DNA from: an uncultured Candidatus Saccharibacteria bacterium
GTDB taxonomy: Bacteria; Patescibacteriota; Minisyncoccia; Phycocordibacterales; UBA2100
NCBI GenBank assembly: GCA_964399865.1
Contig: CAYNRJ010000002.1
Coordinates: forward strand, 97,108-161,107
Direction: 5' to 3'
DNA: 64,000 nucleotides
Shown here: in pieces, positions 30,948 through 40,183 of the stretch
Numbering within the stretch: position 1 is the stretch's first letter
Layout of the letters: each line of letters begins with the position of its first letter
Translations under genes and position numbers: made by a program
Notes under the pieces: model-generated
Seen by the model: only the letters and a program-made list of their open reading frames with translations
What the model was told of the DNA's origin: nothing
The model's database searches: none

Positions 30948-32303
30948 ATGTATAGGTTTGCTCGACTCATAACCCCAGTTCTTTTTGTATACTTTGTCAT
31001 TGTATTTTTCCTAAGTGTTTTGCCTATTCTCGTGCAAGCTGAAACCGTTGAGGAAAGACGCATACGCCTTGAACAGGAGCTTGCCGCGATAGAACAGGAC
31101 ATTACGCAAAAACGGGGTGTGCTTTCTGAGAAGCAGAAAGAACGCACTAGCCTGGAGCGAGATATAGCTATTCTCGACAATCAGATAGGGATTGCCCAGC
31201 AACAAATTAGGCACCGCGATATTACGCTAGGAAACATTCGAGAAGATATAAGCGACAAGCAGACGGCAATTGCCGAACTTGATAAAAAAGTAGAGCGCAG
31301 CGAGGACTCCCTTGCGCAGCTAATTCGTCGCACTCGTGAGATTGATGATATTTCTCTTGCGGAACTCGTTCTATCTGGCTCTCTAACTGATTTCTTCCGC
31401 GACATGGATGATTTCGCAACACTTGGAAAAGAGCTTGACGCTTCCTTTGATGAGATGGCCGCCCTTCGATCAGACCTTTCCGCTAGGAAGCAAACTCTCG
31501 AGAATCGGCAGAGCGAGGAAGAACAGCTCCGACGCTTACAAGTGCTTGAGAAGCAATCGATAGAGAAAAAGGAGAGTGAGAAGCAGCAAATTCTCACGGT
31601 AACGAAAGGCGAGGAAAAAACATATCAGCAGCTGATTGCAGAGCGAGAAAGCCAAGCAGCACAGATCCGCTCAGCACTTTTCGGTCTCCGAGACTCCGCG
31701 GCGATCTCATTCGGCACGGCATACCAGTACGCAAAAGAAGCATCCGTTTCGACAGGCGTGCGTCCCGCGATGATCCTCGCGATCCTAAGACAAGAAACAA
31801 ACCTCGGCGAAAATGTGGGGCAGTGTTTACTGACGAACAGTCCAAGTAAGGGTGATGGTAAGGGGAAAAATACCGGACGATTTTTCACGAAAGTCATGCA
31901 CCCTACTCGCGATGTGGATCCATTCATGACTATAGCCGCCACGTTAGGTTTTGATCCGTTTAGTCAGGTCGTCTCATGTCCGCAATCGGTAGGATACGGG
32001 GGAGCCATGGGACCAGCACAATTTATTCCATCTACCTGGATGTTATACAAAGATAGGATCTCGCGAGCGACTGGAGAAACTCCTGCAAATCCATGGAATG
32101 CTCGCACGGCTGTCTTTGCAACGGCAATCTTCATCGCAGACTTAGGTGCTGACGCTGGCACACGCGAAGCAGAGAGACGAGCAGCCCTTCGCTATTTCGC
32201 GGGCGGCAATTGGAACAAGCCAGCTTTTGCTTCCTATGGAGATGGTGTTTTGGGATACGCTGATCAGTATCAAAAAGATATCGATATTTTGGAGGGGAAG
32301 TGA
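30948..32303 (+). CDS. Secreted coiled-coil protein with C-terminal lytic transglycosylase (SLT/MltB-like) domain
   Basis: Signal/TM, ~220-aa coiled coil, AILRQETNLG (catalytic Glu), GGAMGPAQFIPSTW. Confidence 0.85.
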   Translation: MYRFARLITPVLFVYFVIVFFLSVLPILVQAETVEERRIRLEQELAAIEQDITQKRGVLSEKQKERTSLERDIAILDNQIGIAQQQIRHRDITLGNIREDISDKQTAIAELDKKVERSEDSLAQLIRRTREIDDISLAELVLSGSLTDFFRDMDDFATLGKELDASFDEMAALRSDLSARKQTLENRQSEEEQLRRLQVLEKQSIEKKESEKQQILTVTKGEEKTYQQLIAERESQAAQIRSALFGLRDSAAISFGTAYQYAKEASVSTGVRPAMILAILRQETNLGENVGQCLLTNSPSKGDGKGKNTGRFFTKVMHPTRDVDPFMTIAATLGFDPFSQVVSCPQSVGYGGAMGPAQFIPSTWMLYKDRISRATGETPANPWNARTAVFATAIFIADLGADAGTREAERRAALRYFAGGNWNKPAFASYGDGVLGYADQYQKDIDILEGK

Positions 32304-32312
32304 CGCTCCGCA

Positions 32313-32433
32313 GCGTGCCCCTGTGGAACCCGGACGCACTCTCCTGCGGAGCGCGTCCTCATGCTTCAACGCGTCGCGGCGTCTACGACGCCGTCCGAGC
32401 CGACGCGTCTCCAGAGGTTCCACAGAGGCACGC
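32313..32433. repeat. Long GC-rich branched hairpin element
   Basis: gcgtgcccctgtggaacc pairs with ggttccacagaggcacgc; internal stems ggacgc/gcgtcc, acgcgtcg/cgacgcgt, cggcgtc/gacgccg. Confidence 0.6.
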
Positions 32434-32509
32434 GGCTTCGCTTAAAGTAAAAGGACTTTTCTGCTAGGATTCCGCGGGGCCGATAATGGCCGAACAACAG
32501 GAGGACGCA

Positions 32510-33226
32510 ATGTCGCGTTTTCTAAAAAGAATATGGAAGGAACTGTTGCTCGGCTTCAGTTACGGAGTCGGGCTCGTTCTCGGGGTCGTACTGCTTATCG
32601 CACTATTGATCCCGGGACTCGTCGATATTCAATTTCCCGAGCGTCGACCGCGCCGGGAGAGGAACATGATCATTGCCGCGAATCACCAAAGCTTCTGGGC
32701 AGCCTTCATAATCCCGATACTCTTCGTTTCTGAATGGGCAGTTCGCCCTAGGAAGTGGGGACCATACTCTACGCCGGATGCTACTAACTTCGGGAAGCGG
32801 AAGTACTGGTTCTTCAGGTTGGTCGCCGGCCGCGCGATTCTTGTCCCACGAGACAACAAGATCGGTATCCTGCGCGCCTTTGTCGAAATGGTCCAGACGC
32901 TGAAAGACGGTGGACGCATCATCTTCTTTCCCGAAGGCGGAAGAACCTTCAGTGAGGAAGCGATGGAGATCGGTGTCTGGATGAAGAGCGTAAAAGGGAA
33001 AGATCTCCGACCGCTCAAGGATGGGATCGGCTTCCTCTCGTACAAGTCAGGAGCCTCCGTTTTGACGGTCTGGGTTGAATGGAATGGCTGGGGGTGGCGG
33101 TCGTTTCTCAAAGTAGCGCCGCTCACCGTCAAGATCGGGCAACTGCTCCGTTTCCGGGAGGAAATGCCGGCCGTCGAGAGGACCGCAGCGGTACAGGACG
33201 CGCTCCTTCGGCTAGCTGACGAATAG
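32510..33226 (+). CDS. Lysophospholipid acyltransferase (PlsC-like) family protein
   Basis: IIAANHQS and FFPEGGRT motifs, N-terminal TM; AGGAGG SD at 32499-32504 favours ATG 32510. Confidence 0.8.
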   Translation: MSRFLKRIWKELLLGFSYGVGLVLGVVLLIALLIPGLVDIQFPERRPRRERNMIIAANHQSFWAAFIIPILFVSEWAVRPRKWGPYSTPDATNFGKRKYWFFRLVAGRAILVPRDNKIGILRAFVEMVQTLKDGGRIIFFPEGGRTFSEEAMEIGVWMKSVKGKDLRPLKDGIGFLSYKSGASVLTVWVEWNGWGWRSFLKVAPLTVKIGQLLRFREEMPAVERTAAVQDALLRLADE

Positions 33227-33257
33227 GTGGGGGCGGGGACTCGTTTCCCGCCCCCGC
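33227..33257 (+). terminator. GC-rich terminator hairpin after the acyltransferase gene
   Basis: gtgggggcgggga...ttcccgcccccgc then T-rich sequence. Confidence 0.7.
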
Positions 33258-33295
33258 ATTGCTTTTAAGCCAGTTTTTTGTATAGTAACGCACAC

Positions 33296-33586
33296 ATGAA
33301 AAAGGATATCCATCCAAAGGAATACCGAGACGTTATCTTCGACGATGTCACGTCGGGCAAGCGTTTTTTGATTGGTTCCACCATCGAGACTGAAAAGACA
33401 GACAAGTTCGATGACGGGAAGACCTACCCGGTTTTCACTGTTGAAATCTCAAGTGCTTCTCACCCTTTCTACACAGGTAACGCAAAGACTATCGACACGG
33501 CAGGTCGTGTTGAGAAATTCAAGGCTCGAACAGCCGCTGGGAAGACGAAGAAAGAAGCTTCCAAGAAGAAAGAGACAGCTAAGTAA
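33296..33586 (+). CDS. rpmE2: 50S ribosomal protein L31 type B (no Zn ribbon)
   Basis: [34 protein letters not shown]. Confidence 0.93.
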   Translation: MKKDIHPKEYRDVIFDDVTSGKRFLIGSTIETEKTDKFDDGKTYPVFTVEISSASHPFYTGNAKTIDTAGRVEKFKARTAAGKTKKEASKKKETAK

Positions 33587-33663
33587 CTTCCCTACCGCTA
33601 TTTCTCGCCGCTTTGGGTTTTAATGCTACCCTGAAGTGATGTGAGGAGCGGTGTTTTTTATAT

Positions 33664-34650
33664 ATGGCAAATCCAAAAATTAATCCAAAAGACTACGAAG
33701 GCGACCACCGGGTGGCCTATCTTGTTTCTGAATGGAATCGCCTATCCGCTGCAGAGCGTGACGCGACCGAGCTCGTAGAAGTGGATCCCGCAATGCGCGA
33801 GCTCGCCGATAAAGAGATCGCCGATATTTCAGTGGAAAAGGACCGACTCATGGCGCAGATAGAAGCTATCGTTGGGAACGATAACGAACGCGAGTGGCCG
33901 AACGAGCTTATTCTTGAAGTACACGCGGGCGTGGGAGGGGATGAGGCTTCTCTTTTTGCAGAAGATCTCGCCAAGATGTATTTACGATATGCAGAATCAC
34001 GTGGTTGGACTTGGAAACCGCTCGATGAATCTCGTGCCGCAAGCGATGGGTATAAGGAAGCTCAATTTGAGATCAAAGGAGCGGATTGCTATAAGGTTCT
34101 GCAGTTTGAGACGGGGGTGCATCGCGTACAGAGAGTTCCCGCAACAGAGAAGGCAGGCCGTATTCATACTTCGACCGCGTCCGTTGCAATTCTTCCTATC
34201 TACAAGCGTACGAAGATTGAGATCAATCCGGCGGACATTGAAATAGCATTCGCACGTGCAGGGGGTGCTGGCGGACAAAACGTGAACAAGGTCGAGACAG
34301 CAGTCCGACTCTTCCACAAACCATCCGGCATTGAGGTTAAATGCACCTCAGAACGAAGCCAACTTCAAAACAGAGAGAAGGCCATGAAGCTTCTTGCGAG
34401 CCGTCTTCAGCAGGCAAAGGACGAGGAGGACGACCGTAAGCGTGCTGCCGAGAGAAGTGGTCAGGTGGGGACGGGAGATCGCTCAGAAAAGATCCGTACG
34501 TACAATTTCCCTCAAGATCGCATCACTGACCACCGTCTAAAGATGTCCTGGTCCAACATTCCCAAGATCATGGGGGGTGCCTTGGGTCCTATCCTGGAGG
34601 CCCTGGAAAAAGGGGCGACGGGGGACGAGGTCATTGCAGGAGACGATTGA
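33664..34650 (+). CDS. prfA: Peptide chain release factor 1 (short N-terminal domain)
   Basis: [14 protein letters not shown] (PAT), [22 protein letters not shown]. Confidence 0.93.
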   Translation: MANPKINPKDYEGDHRVAYLVSEWNRLSAAERDATELVEVDPAMRELADKEIADISVEKDRLMAQIEAIVGNDNEREWPNELILEVHAGVGGDEASLFAEDLAKMYLRYAESRGWTWKPLDESRAASDGYKEAQFEIKGADCYKVLQFETGVHRVQRVPATEKAGRIHTSTASVAILPIYKRTKIEINPADIEIAFARAGGAGGQNVNKVETAVRLFHKPSGIEVKCTSERSQLQNREKAMKLLASRLQQAKDEEDDRKRAAERSGQVGTGDRSEKIRTYNFPQDRITDHRLKMSWSNIPKIMGGALGPILEALEKGATGDEVIAGDD

Positions 34651-34698
34651 TTCTGATAGTATTCAGCGGCCCGAAATCGTTCGGGTATTTATATAACC

Positions 34699-35412
34699 AT
34701 GTCAACAGTAGGAAACTATATTCAGACCCTTTTCGACGCAGGAGCGCATTTTGGCTACTCCCGCGCGAGACGTCACCCTACTGCAGAACCTTTCCTCTTT
34801 GGTACCAAAGACCGCACTGACATTTTCGACCTTGAACTCACAGAAAAGCGCATTTCTGCAGCTACTGCATTCGCAGCCTCGATCGCAGGCGCAGGTAAGC
34901 AGATCCTCTTTGTCGGTGGCAAGCATGAAGTTTCCGAGATCGTAAAGGCGGCTGCTGAAAAAGCTGGCATGCCATACGCTGCAGGACGTTGGATCGGAGG
35001 CACTCTCACGAACTTCAAGATCATCCGCAAGCGTATCGACCGCCTTGAGAAGCTTATGAAAGAGCGCGAGAGCGGCGAACTCGATAAATACACAAAGCGC
35101 GAGCGCCTTCTCATCGACCGCGAGATTCAGGAACTCTTGGTACGTTTCGGCGGACTCGTCAGCATGACTGATCTTCCTGCCGCAGTTTTCATAATTGATA
35201 CTCGTCACCAGGAGATCGCAGCACGTGAAGCAAATCAACTCTCGATCCCTATAATCGGACTTTCAAGTTCAGATTGCGATTTCTCTCTCGTCCAATACCC
35301 AATACCAGCGAACGACACTTCTGTTCGAAGTGTACGTCTCGTTGCGAACGCGATCGCTGAAGCGTATCTCGAAGGGAAGCGCGCTCCAGTTACAGAGAAG
35401 AGCGCGAAGTAA
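34699..35412 (+). CDS. rpsB: 30S ribosomal protein S2
   Basis: AGAHFG, RWIGGTLTNF, IPAND. Confidence 0.96.
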   Translation: MSTVGNYIQTLFDAGAHFGYSRARRHPTAEPFLFGTKDRTDIFDLELTEKRISAATAFAASIAGAGKQILFVGGKHEVSEIVKAAAEKAGMPYAAGRWIGGTLTNFKIIRKRIDRLEKLMKERESGELDKYTKRERLLIDREIQELLVRFGGLVSMTDLPAAVFIIDTRHQEIAAREANQLSIPIIGLSSSDCDFSLVQYPIPANDTSVRSVRLVANAIAEAYLEGKRAPVTEKSAK

Positions 35413-35483
35413 GCACAGGGTTTATCCGACCAGGAGCTGTTTGAGTTTTTGCGTTCTGGCTCTATTATCGACTCTACACACAT

Positions 35484-36068
35484 ATGGCAATCACCACAGA
35501 AACCATTAAAGAACTTCGAGACGCTACCGGCGTCTCTGTCATGCAGTGCAAGAAGGCACTTGAAGAAGCAGGAGGCGACATTGAGAAGGCAAAGATTATC
35601 CTCCGAAAGCACAGCAGTGCGATAGCAAGTAAGAAAGCCGACCGTGCTCTTGGAGCAGGTGTTGCCGCTGCATACACGCACGCAGGTGGGTCCGTCGTTG
35701 GCGCAGTTGTCCTCGCATGCGAAACGGACTTCGTCTCGAAGAACGAAGATTTCGTTAAACTCGCATACGACATAGCAATGCACGTTGCTGCCATGAAGCC
35801 GCAATTTAGGACTCGTGAGGATGTGAAAGAAGAAGATATAAAGTCTGCACGTGAAGTATTCGAAAAAGAGGCAGCCAATGTCCCCGAGGCTATGCGCACA
35901 AAAGCAGTTGAAGGAAAGATAAATGCGTACCTCAGCGAAAAAGTACTCTTGGATCAACCCTTTGTGAAAGACGGGACGATTACGATCCGCGGACTCCTCG
36001 ACTCCGCGGTACAGAAGTTCGGCGAGAAAGTAGAACTCGTGCGTTTTGAGCGACTCTCTGTAAAATAA
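35484..36068 (+). CDS. tsf: Elongation factor Ts (short form)
   Basis: IKELRDATG.SVMQCKKAL, CETDFVS; downstream of rpsB. Confidence 0.95.
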   Translation: MAITTETIKELRDATGVSVMQCKKALEEAGGDIEKAKIILRKHSSAIASKKADRALGAGVAAAYTHAGGSVVGAVVLACETDFVSKNEDFVKLAYDIAMHVAAMKPQFRTREDVKEEDIKSAREVFEKEAANVPEAMRTKAVEGKINAYLSEKVLLDQPFVKDGTITIRGLLDSAVQKFGEKVELVRFERLSVK

Positions 36069-36073
36069 GTATC

Positions 36074-36661
36074 ATGATGCTTGAAGCGATCGTCTTCATC
36101 GTTGCTTTTTTTGGACTAATTGCGCTTTTCGCGCTCAAACGGTGGGAGTCAGGTCGCGGACAGATCATTTTCCCGGGAATAAGAAGTAAGGCGGATGATG
36201 GCGCGCGTAACATTAAGTCCATCTTGCTTGCTCTCTTGTGGTACGGCAAAAAATTGCCTCGGATCCTTGTTGCTCTCACTCGTCTCGGAGTTCATGTGAC
36301 TGCGGTCACCTTTGGCCACCTTGCACACTATGTTGGAGAGAAATCTCACGCGCTCGCAGACTTCGTATCGTATAAACATCGCTTCGAACGCCGGGAGACG
36401 CGCTCAGAATTTCTTCGCCAGGTCATAGAACACCCGATAACAAATCGTACTGCGCCTTCCGTAGCGATTCCACCGCGCGTTAACGAGGAAATCCCAGTTA
36501 GGGATGAGGTCACTCCGGAGATTGCCACTCCAACCATGTCTGAAAACGCTCCTGAAGCTCTCCCCGAAACGCCTGTCGTTAAGAAAAAGCCCGCTCGTCG
36601 AAGGCGCATACTCTCGCGTAAAAAACTTGAAATTCCGGTCGATAACGGGCAAGATAGCTGA
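36074..36661 (+). CDS. Hypothetical membrane protein with basic/Pro-rich tail
   Basis: N-terminal hydrophobic helix; co-directional, 5 bp after tsf. Confidence 0.65.
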   Translation: MMLEAIVFIVAFFGLIALFALKRWESGRGQIIFPGIRSKADDGARNIKSILLALLWYGKKLPRILVALTRLGVHVTAVTFGHLAHYVGEKSHALADFVSYKHRFERRETRSEFLRQVIEHPITNRTAPSVAIPPRVNEEIPVRDEVTPEIATPTMSENAPEALPETPVVKKKPARRRRILSRKKLEIPVDNGQDS

Positions 36662-36665
36662 TACT

Positions 36666-36738
36666 GCCGCCTTAGCTCAGTTGGTAGAGCAACGCTTTTG
36701 TAAAGCGAAGGTCCCCGGTTCAAGTCCGGGAGGCGGCT
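36666..36738 (+). tRNA. tRNA-Thr(UGU), CCA not encoded
   Basis: Acceptor GCCGCCT/AGGCGGC, D-arm gctc/gagc, anticodon loop TT-TGT-AA, T-arm cccgg-TTCAAGT-ccggg. Confidence 0.95.
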
Positions 36739-36914
36739 CATGAACGAAGTGAGTGAGATGACTCCCGGACTGTGAGGGGGTCGGGGAACGGGAGTTCCCC
36801 GTGGAGGAAGGAATGGGAAAACCTAGGGTTTCCCAGTTGTCCGCGGTGGCGGCTCATGAATGAAGCCAGTGATCGGTAGTGAGATGACTCCCGGACTGTG
36901 AGGGGGTCGGGGAA
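36732..36914 (+). repeat. Duplicated tRNA-trailer unit: ggcggctcatgaa (36732-36744, 36848-36860) plus a 37-bp identical repeat (36752-36788, 36878-36914)
   Basis: agtgagatgactcccggactgtgagggggtcggggaa occurs twice; hairpins ggggaac/gttcccc and tgggaaa/tttccca lie between the copies. Confidence 0.85.
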
Positions 36915-36921
36915 AGAGGGG

Positions 36922-37635
36922 TTAGTCCCGCGTGGATGTTGAGGAAGGGGTCGAGGTGGCCTTCTTTAAAGTGGCGAGCGCAGGAACCGATTGATGGATA
37001 TCCTCTATATCTTTAAATCCATAGTGAGCTACCCCATTTATGACAAGTGCTGGGAGTGTGTTTTCAACGTTGTGAATTTGCACAAGGGTCTGCAGCGCAG
37101 GAAGGTCCAGATTGTAATCAAATGAATAGACTCGGAGTTGTGGGTACGTCTCGGAGAGTGCTGTTAATACGTACCCCTGTTCCTCGCAGTCCTCACAGTC
37201 GCCCTCGTTGGAATAAAAATAGAGGATGAATATTGGTTTCAATTTACATTTATCGGCGACCTTTTGCATAAGGAGTAGATCTTTCAACTGGAGCAGGGAA
37301 TAGTACCGTTTTAGCTGCGTGAGTTCGTCGGAATTAACTCCCACCTGTGACTCTAAATACGCGAGGCGCTCACCGAGTGGTCGTATGCCTGTTGAAAGGA
37401 CAGAATTCTCAGATATATCCATGCACGAGTGTTCCGCCAGCAGTTCGAACTGTGTTTCTAGAGAAAGAATATCGACCGCGATATTCTCTTGGGCGCTTTG
37501 AATTTCTGCCACACGCTTGTTGCTAAAATACGTGCTCGCATAAAAAGCAGTCACAAAGATCGCTGTCGTAATGATGAATGCGACTACATAGTTGCCCCAG
37601 CGAGCTTTACGCGTGCTTACAATAGGTTCTTCCAT
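36922..37635 (-). CDS. Membrane-anchored hypothetical protein with C-terminal thioredoxin-like CxxC domain
   Basis: N-terminal TM; ILYFYS...CEDC...VYSFD...LPALVING. Confidence 0.7.
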   Translation of the reverse strand: MEEPIVSTRKARWGNYVVAFIITTAIFVTAFYASTYFSNKRVAEIQSAQENIAVDILSLETQFELLAEHSCMDISENSVLSTGIRPLGERLAYLESQVGVNSDELTQLKRYYSLLQLKDLLLMQKVADKCKLKPIFILYFYSNEGDCEDCEEQGYVLTALSETYPQLRVYSFDYNLDLPALQTLVQIHNVENTLPALVINGVAHYGFKDIEDIHQSVPALATLKKATSTPSSTSTRD

Positions 37636-37641
37636 ACTTTT

Positions 37642-38871
37642 TTATCTCCACGAGACACCAGTTTTGAATAGCGCTCTAACTACCGCAGTGCATAGCCATA
37701 TAGGTGCGAGAAAACTATAAAACAGAAGGAACAGCGGCGTTCCCGCAGGTGGTCGTCTCGTGCCTGTACCAATGAGGGAGCCGATACAGATCAGTGTAAA
37801 AATAAGGACGAGGGAGATGCTTATGAGAAATAGCATCGCACTTGTATTGATATAAAACAATTCAAAACGAGGGTCAGGGAAGACACCAGTCATTAGTATT
37901 CGTTCCACGAGCTGTACAAGCGATATAACGCTGTACAACAAGATCTTTACGAACAGATAGATACCTGCACTGATCGAGAGTAGGAAGGCTGGGAAAATAA
38001 TCAGTCCTAAATTTCCATACCTGGAGTTTCCGATCATAAAGCGATAATCCGCGACGTTGCGGAGCCATCCGTACCACCAACGCACTCTTTGTCGGAAAAG
38101 GCTGCGAACCGTACTAGGAGCTTCCGTGTGGACTGTAGCGCCCGGAGCGTTCGCAATGAGGTGTCCCGCGACCTGGAGGCGGAGTGCCATCTCCATGTCT
38201 TCAGTTGAGTGACCGTGTCGCCATCCGCCGAGCTCTCGGACGACACTCGTTCGGAAGATCGAGAACGCTCCTGGAGTGATGAATACAGCGCCAAGAGTAG
38301 CGAGAATGAATCTATTGAACACGCTGAGTCGATACTCTGCATTCTGCATATGCTGCAGAAGTGTTTCTGGATTTCGTACGTGAATTCCTGGGGTTACTGC
38401 GGCTATCTTTGGATTTTGGAAAACCTGTGCGATACGGAGGAGTGCCTGCGGATGCACCACAGAATCTGCATCGAGACAGCCAATGAGATCTGCATCAGTA
38501 TTAGCGAGCGCGAGATTCATCGCGGTGTATTTCCCCCCGTTTTCTTTTCGGTAGATCTTCACGCGAGGGTCGCTCGCATATTCTGAGATGACCTCAAATG
38601 TTCTATCTGTTGATCCGTCGTCGACGATCGCTATCTCTAATTTATCTTTCGGGTATGAAAGGGAGAGTAGGGAAGCAAGAGTTGCGGCTACTCCGCGCTC
38701 TTCGTTGAAGCAGGGAACAACGATTGCAACTTTCGGTAATGCAGACAAAGGTATCTGCTCAGGGGTAGTCTTTTTTACGAAGCGTCGTTCAAGGAAGGAG
38801 ACGAGCAAAAACACCTCAAAAAAGAGGGAAACGAACAGAAGCCCATAACTAACAAGGAGGCCTATTTCCAT
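37642..38871 (-). CDS. Processive family 2 glycosyltransferase (PgaC/IcaA/CesA-like), multi-TM
   Basis: VPCFNEE, DDGSTD, LDAD, TED, QRVRW motifs. Confidence 0.92.
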   Translation of the reverse strand: MEIGLLVSYGLLFVSLFFEVFLLVSFLERRFVKKTTPEQIPLSALPKVAIVVPCFNEERGVAATLASLLSLSYPKDKLEIAIVDDGSTDRTFEVISEYASDPRVKIYRKENGGKYTAMNLALANTDADLIGCLDADSVVHPQALLRIAQVFQNPKIAAVTPGIHVRNPETLLQHMQNAEYRLSVFNRFILATLGAVFITPGAFSIFRTSVVRELGGWRHGHSTEDMEMALRLQVAGHLIANAPGATVHTEAPSTVRSLFRQRVRWWYGWLRNVADYRFMIGNSRYGNLGLIIFPAFLLSISAGIYLFVKILLYSVISLVQLVERILMTGVFPDPRFELFYINTSAMLFLISISLVLIFTLICIGSLIGTGTRRPPAGTPLFLLFYSFLAPIWLCTAVVRALFKTGVSWR

Positions 38872-38939
38872 AGCAGCTAGCGGCCAATTATAGCAAAAAA
38901 CCTCGCTTTTGTAAGCTTCGGGCTATTTAGGGATGCCTA

Positions 38940-40073
38940 TTAGCGGATCTCAGCTCCGTACGTCGCTTTAGTCTCTGCCTCAAGCTTTTTATGTAGGGTA
39001 TCTATCTCAGCGTTGGTGAGGGTTTTGTCGCGGGAGCGATATACGATGCGATAGGTATAGCTGAGTTTCCCAGTGCCGAATTTCTTCTCATTCTCGAATT
39101 TATCCAAAAGCTTCACCTCCTCCACTACGCCGTCTCCCACGACCTCACGGATAAGATCAAAATAGTTGTTCGGCACGAAATCATTTTGCACAACAAACGA
39201 GATGTCTCGAACGATCGGTGGATATTTGCTCACCTCTTTATACTTTGTGCCAAGTTTCAATTGAGCTGTGACGCGCGGATCATCCGACCACAAGAGTCTG
39301 ATGTCGGGGAGTTCCATACTTGCTATTGCGAGTCGTTCAAGTCCGAATCCGAATGCCCAACCGTGGTACCCTTCGAGTCCGAAATTTTTCAGAACACTCT
39401 TTCTCGCCATGCCACATCCAAGCATCTCCACCCATTGTCCGTTGATCTCTGCTTCCATTTCAAAGCTAGGATCGGTGTAAGGGAAGTTGTGGTCGTAGAA
39501 TCGGAAGTTGATGTTTCCGAAGATGGCACGTGCGATTTCCGAGAGAGTATTCTTTAGATCCTCAGGCGTGATCGTTGCCTTGTCGTCGGGGCCGACGAGG
39601 AGGCCACCGAACTGATGAAAGACGTTCATGTGTCTGCTGTCGATCTCATCTTTTCGGTACACTTTTCCGTAACAGATGGTCCCGAGTGTCTCCTTATTCG
39701 CGATTCGCTTTTTTACATCCGGATGATTGAGGTAGTAGTACCAAAATACCGTATCATGCGTGCGAAGAACATGTTTTTCGTCGAGGTAATAGGTATCCGA
39801 TGGGCTCCGCGCTGGATGACCCTCGGGCATATTGAAGAGATCGAAAAGAATGTCTATAGATACGATCTCAGGAATATTTATGACATCAAAGTTTTCAAGA
39901 CTCTTCACTTTCGAAGCACGTGCAACTATCTCGGAGAGCGGGTTGCCCGGTGTGCGAGAGAGGTCCGGCATTGCAAGATATCGTTTAATTCGTTCTGAGT
40001 TCGAATCATTTTTTTTCTGCAACGCTTCTCGGAGCGTCTTTTCCTCGTCGCGTGGGATGAAATATTCAGTCAT
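38940..40073 (-). CDS. pheS: Phenylalanyl-tRNA synthetase catalytic domain fused to an FDX-ACB anticodon-binding domain (single-chain, organellar-type architecture)
   Basis: HPARSPSDTYY, LRTH, YRKDEIDSRH, FPYTDPSFE, WAFGFGLERLA, then SKYPPIVRDISF...SYTYRIVYRS.DKTLT. Confidence 0.9.
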   Translation of the reverse strand: MTEYFIPRDEEKTLREALQKKNDSNSERIKRYLAMPDLSRTPGNPLSEIVARASKVKSLENFDVINIPEIVSIDILFDLFNMPEGHPARSPSDTYYLDEKHVLRTHDTVFWYYYLNHPDVKKRIANKETLGTICYGKVYRKDEIDSRHMNVFHQFGGLLVGPDDKATITPEDLKNTLSEIARAIFGNINFRFYDHNFPYTDPSFEMEAEINGQWVEMLGCGMARKSVLKNFGLEGYHGWAFGFGLERLAIASMELPDIRLLWSDDPRVTAQLKLGTKYKEVSKYPPIVRDISFVVQNDFVPNNYFDLIREVVGDGVVEEVKLLDKFENEKKFGTGKLSYTYRIVYRSRDKTLTNAEIDTLHKKLEAETKATYGAEIR

Positions 40074-40183
40074 AACAGGAATTGAAGCATATTAATCGAT
40101 AATAGCAAGGTATATAGCCATATTTTACCCACATTCCCGCTTACTGTACGTGGTTTTTTCTGGTATACTACAGAGAACAAAAC

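Noticed and set aside
33590-33660. Imperfect hairpin between rpmE and prfA as an ncRNA
   Set aside because: It ends in a T-run and is adequately explained as a terminator-like structure; no further support.
33664-36068. Short RF1 and EF-Ts as pseudogenes
   Set aside because: All key motifs are intact with no frameshifts; compact forms are expected in reduced genomes.
36752-36914. 37-bp direct repeat as a CRISPR array
   Set aside because: Only two copies, 89 bp apart, tied to a tRNA 3' end; no cas genes in the window.
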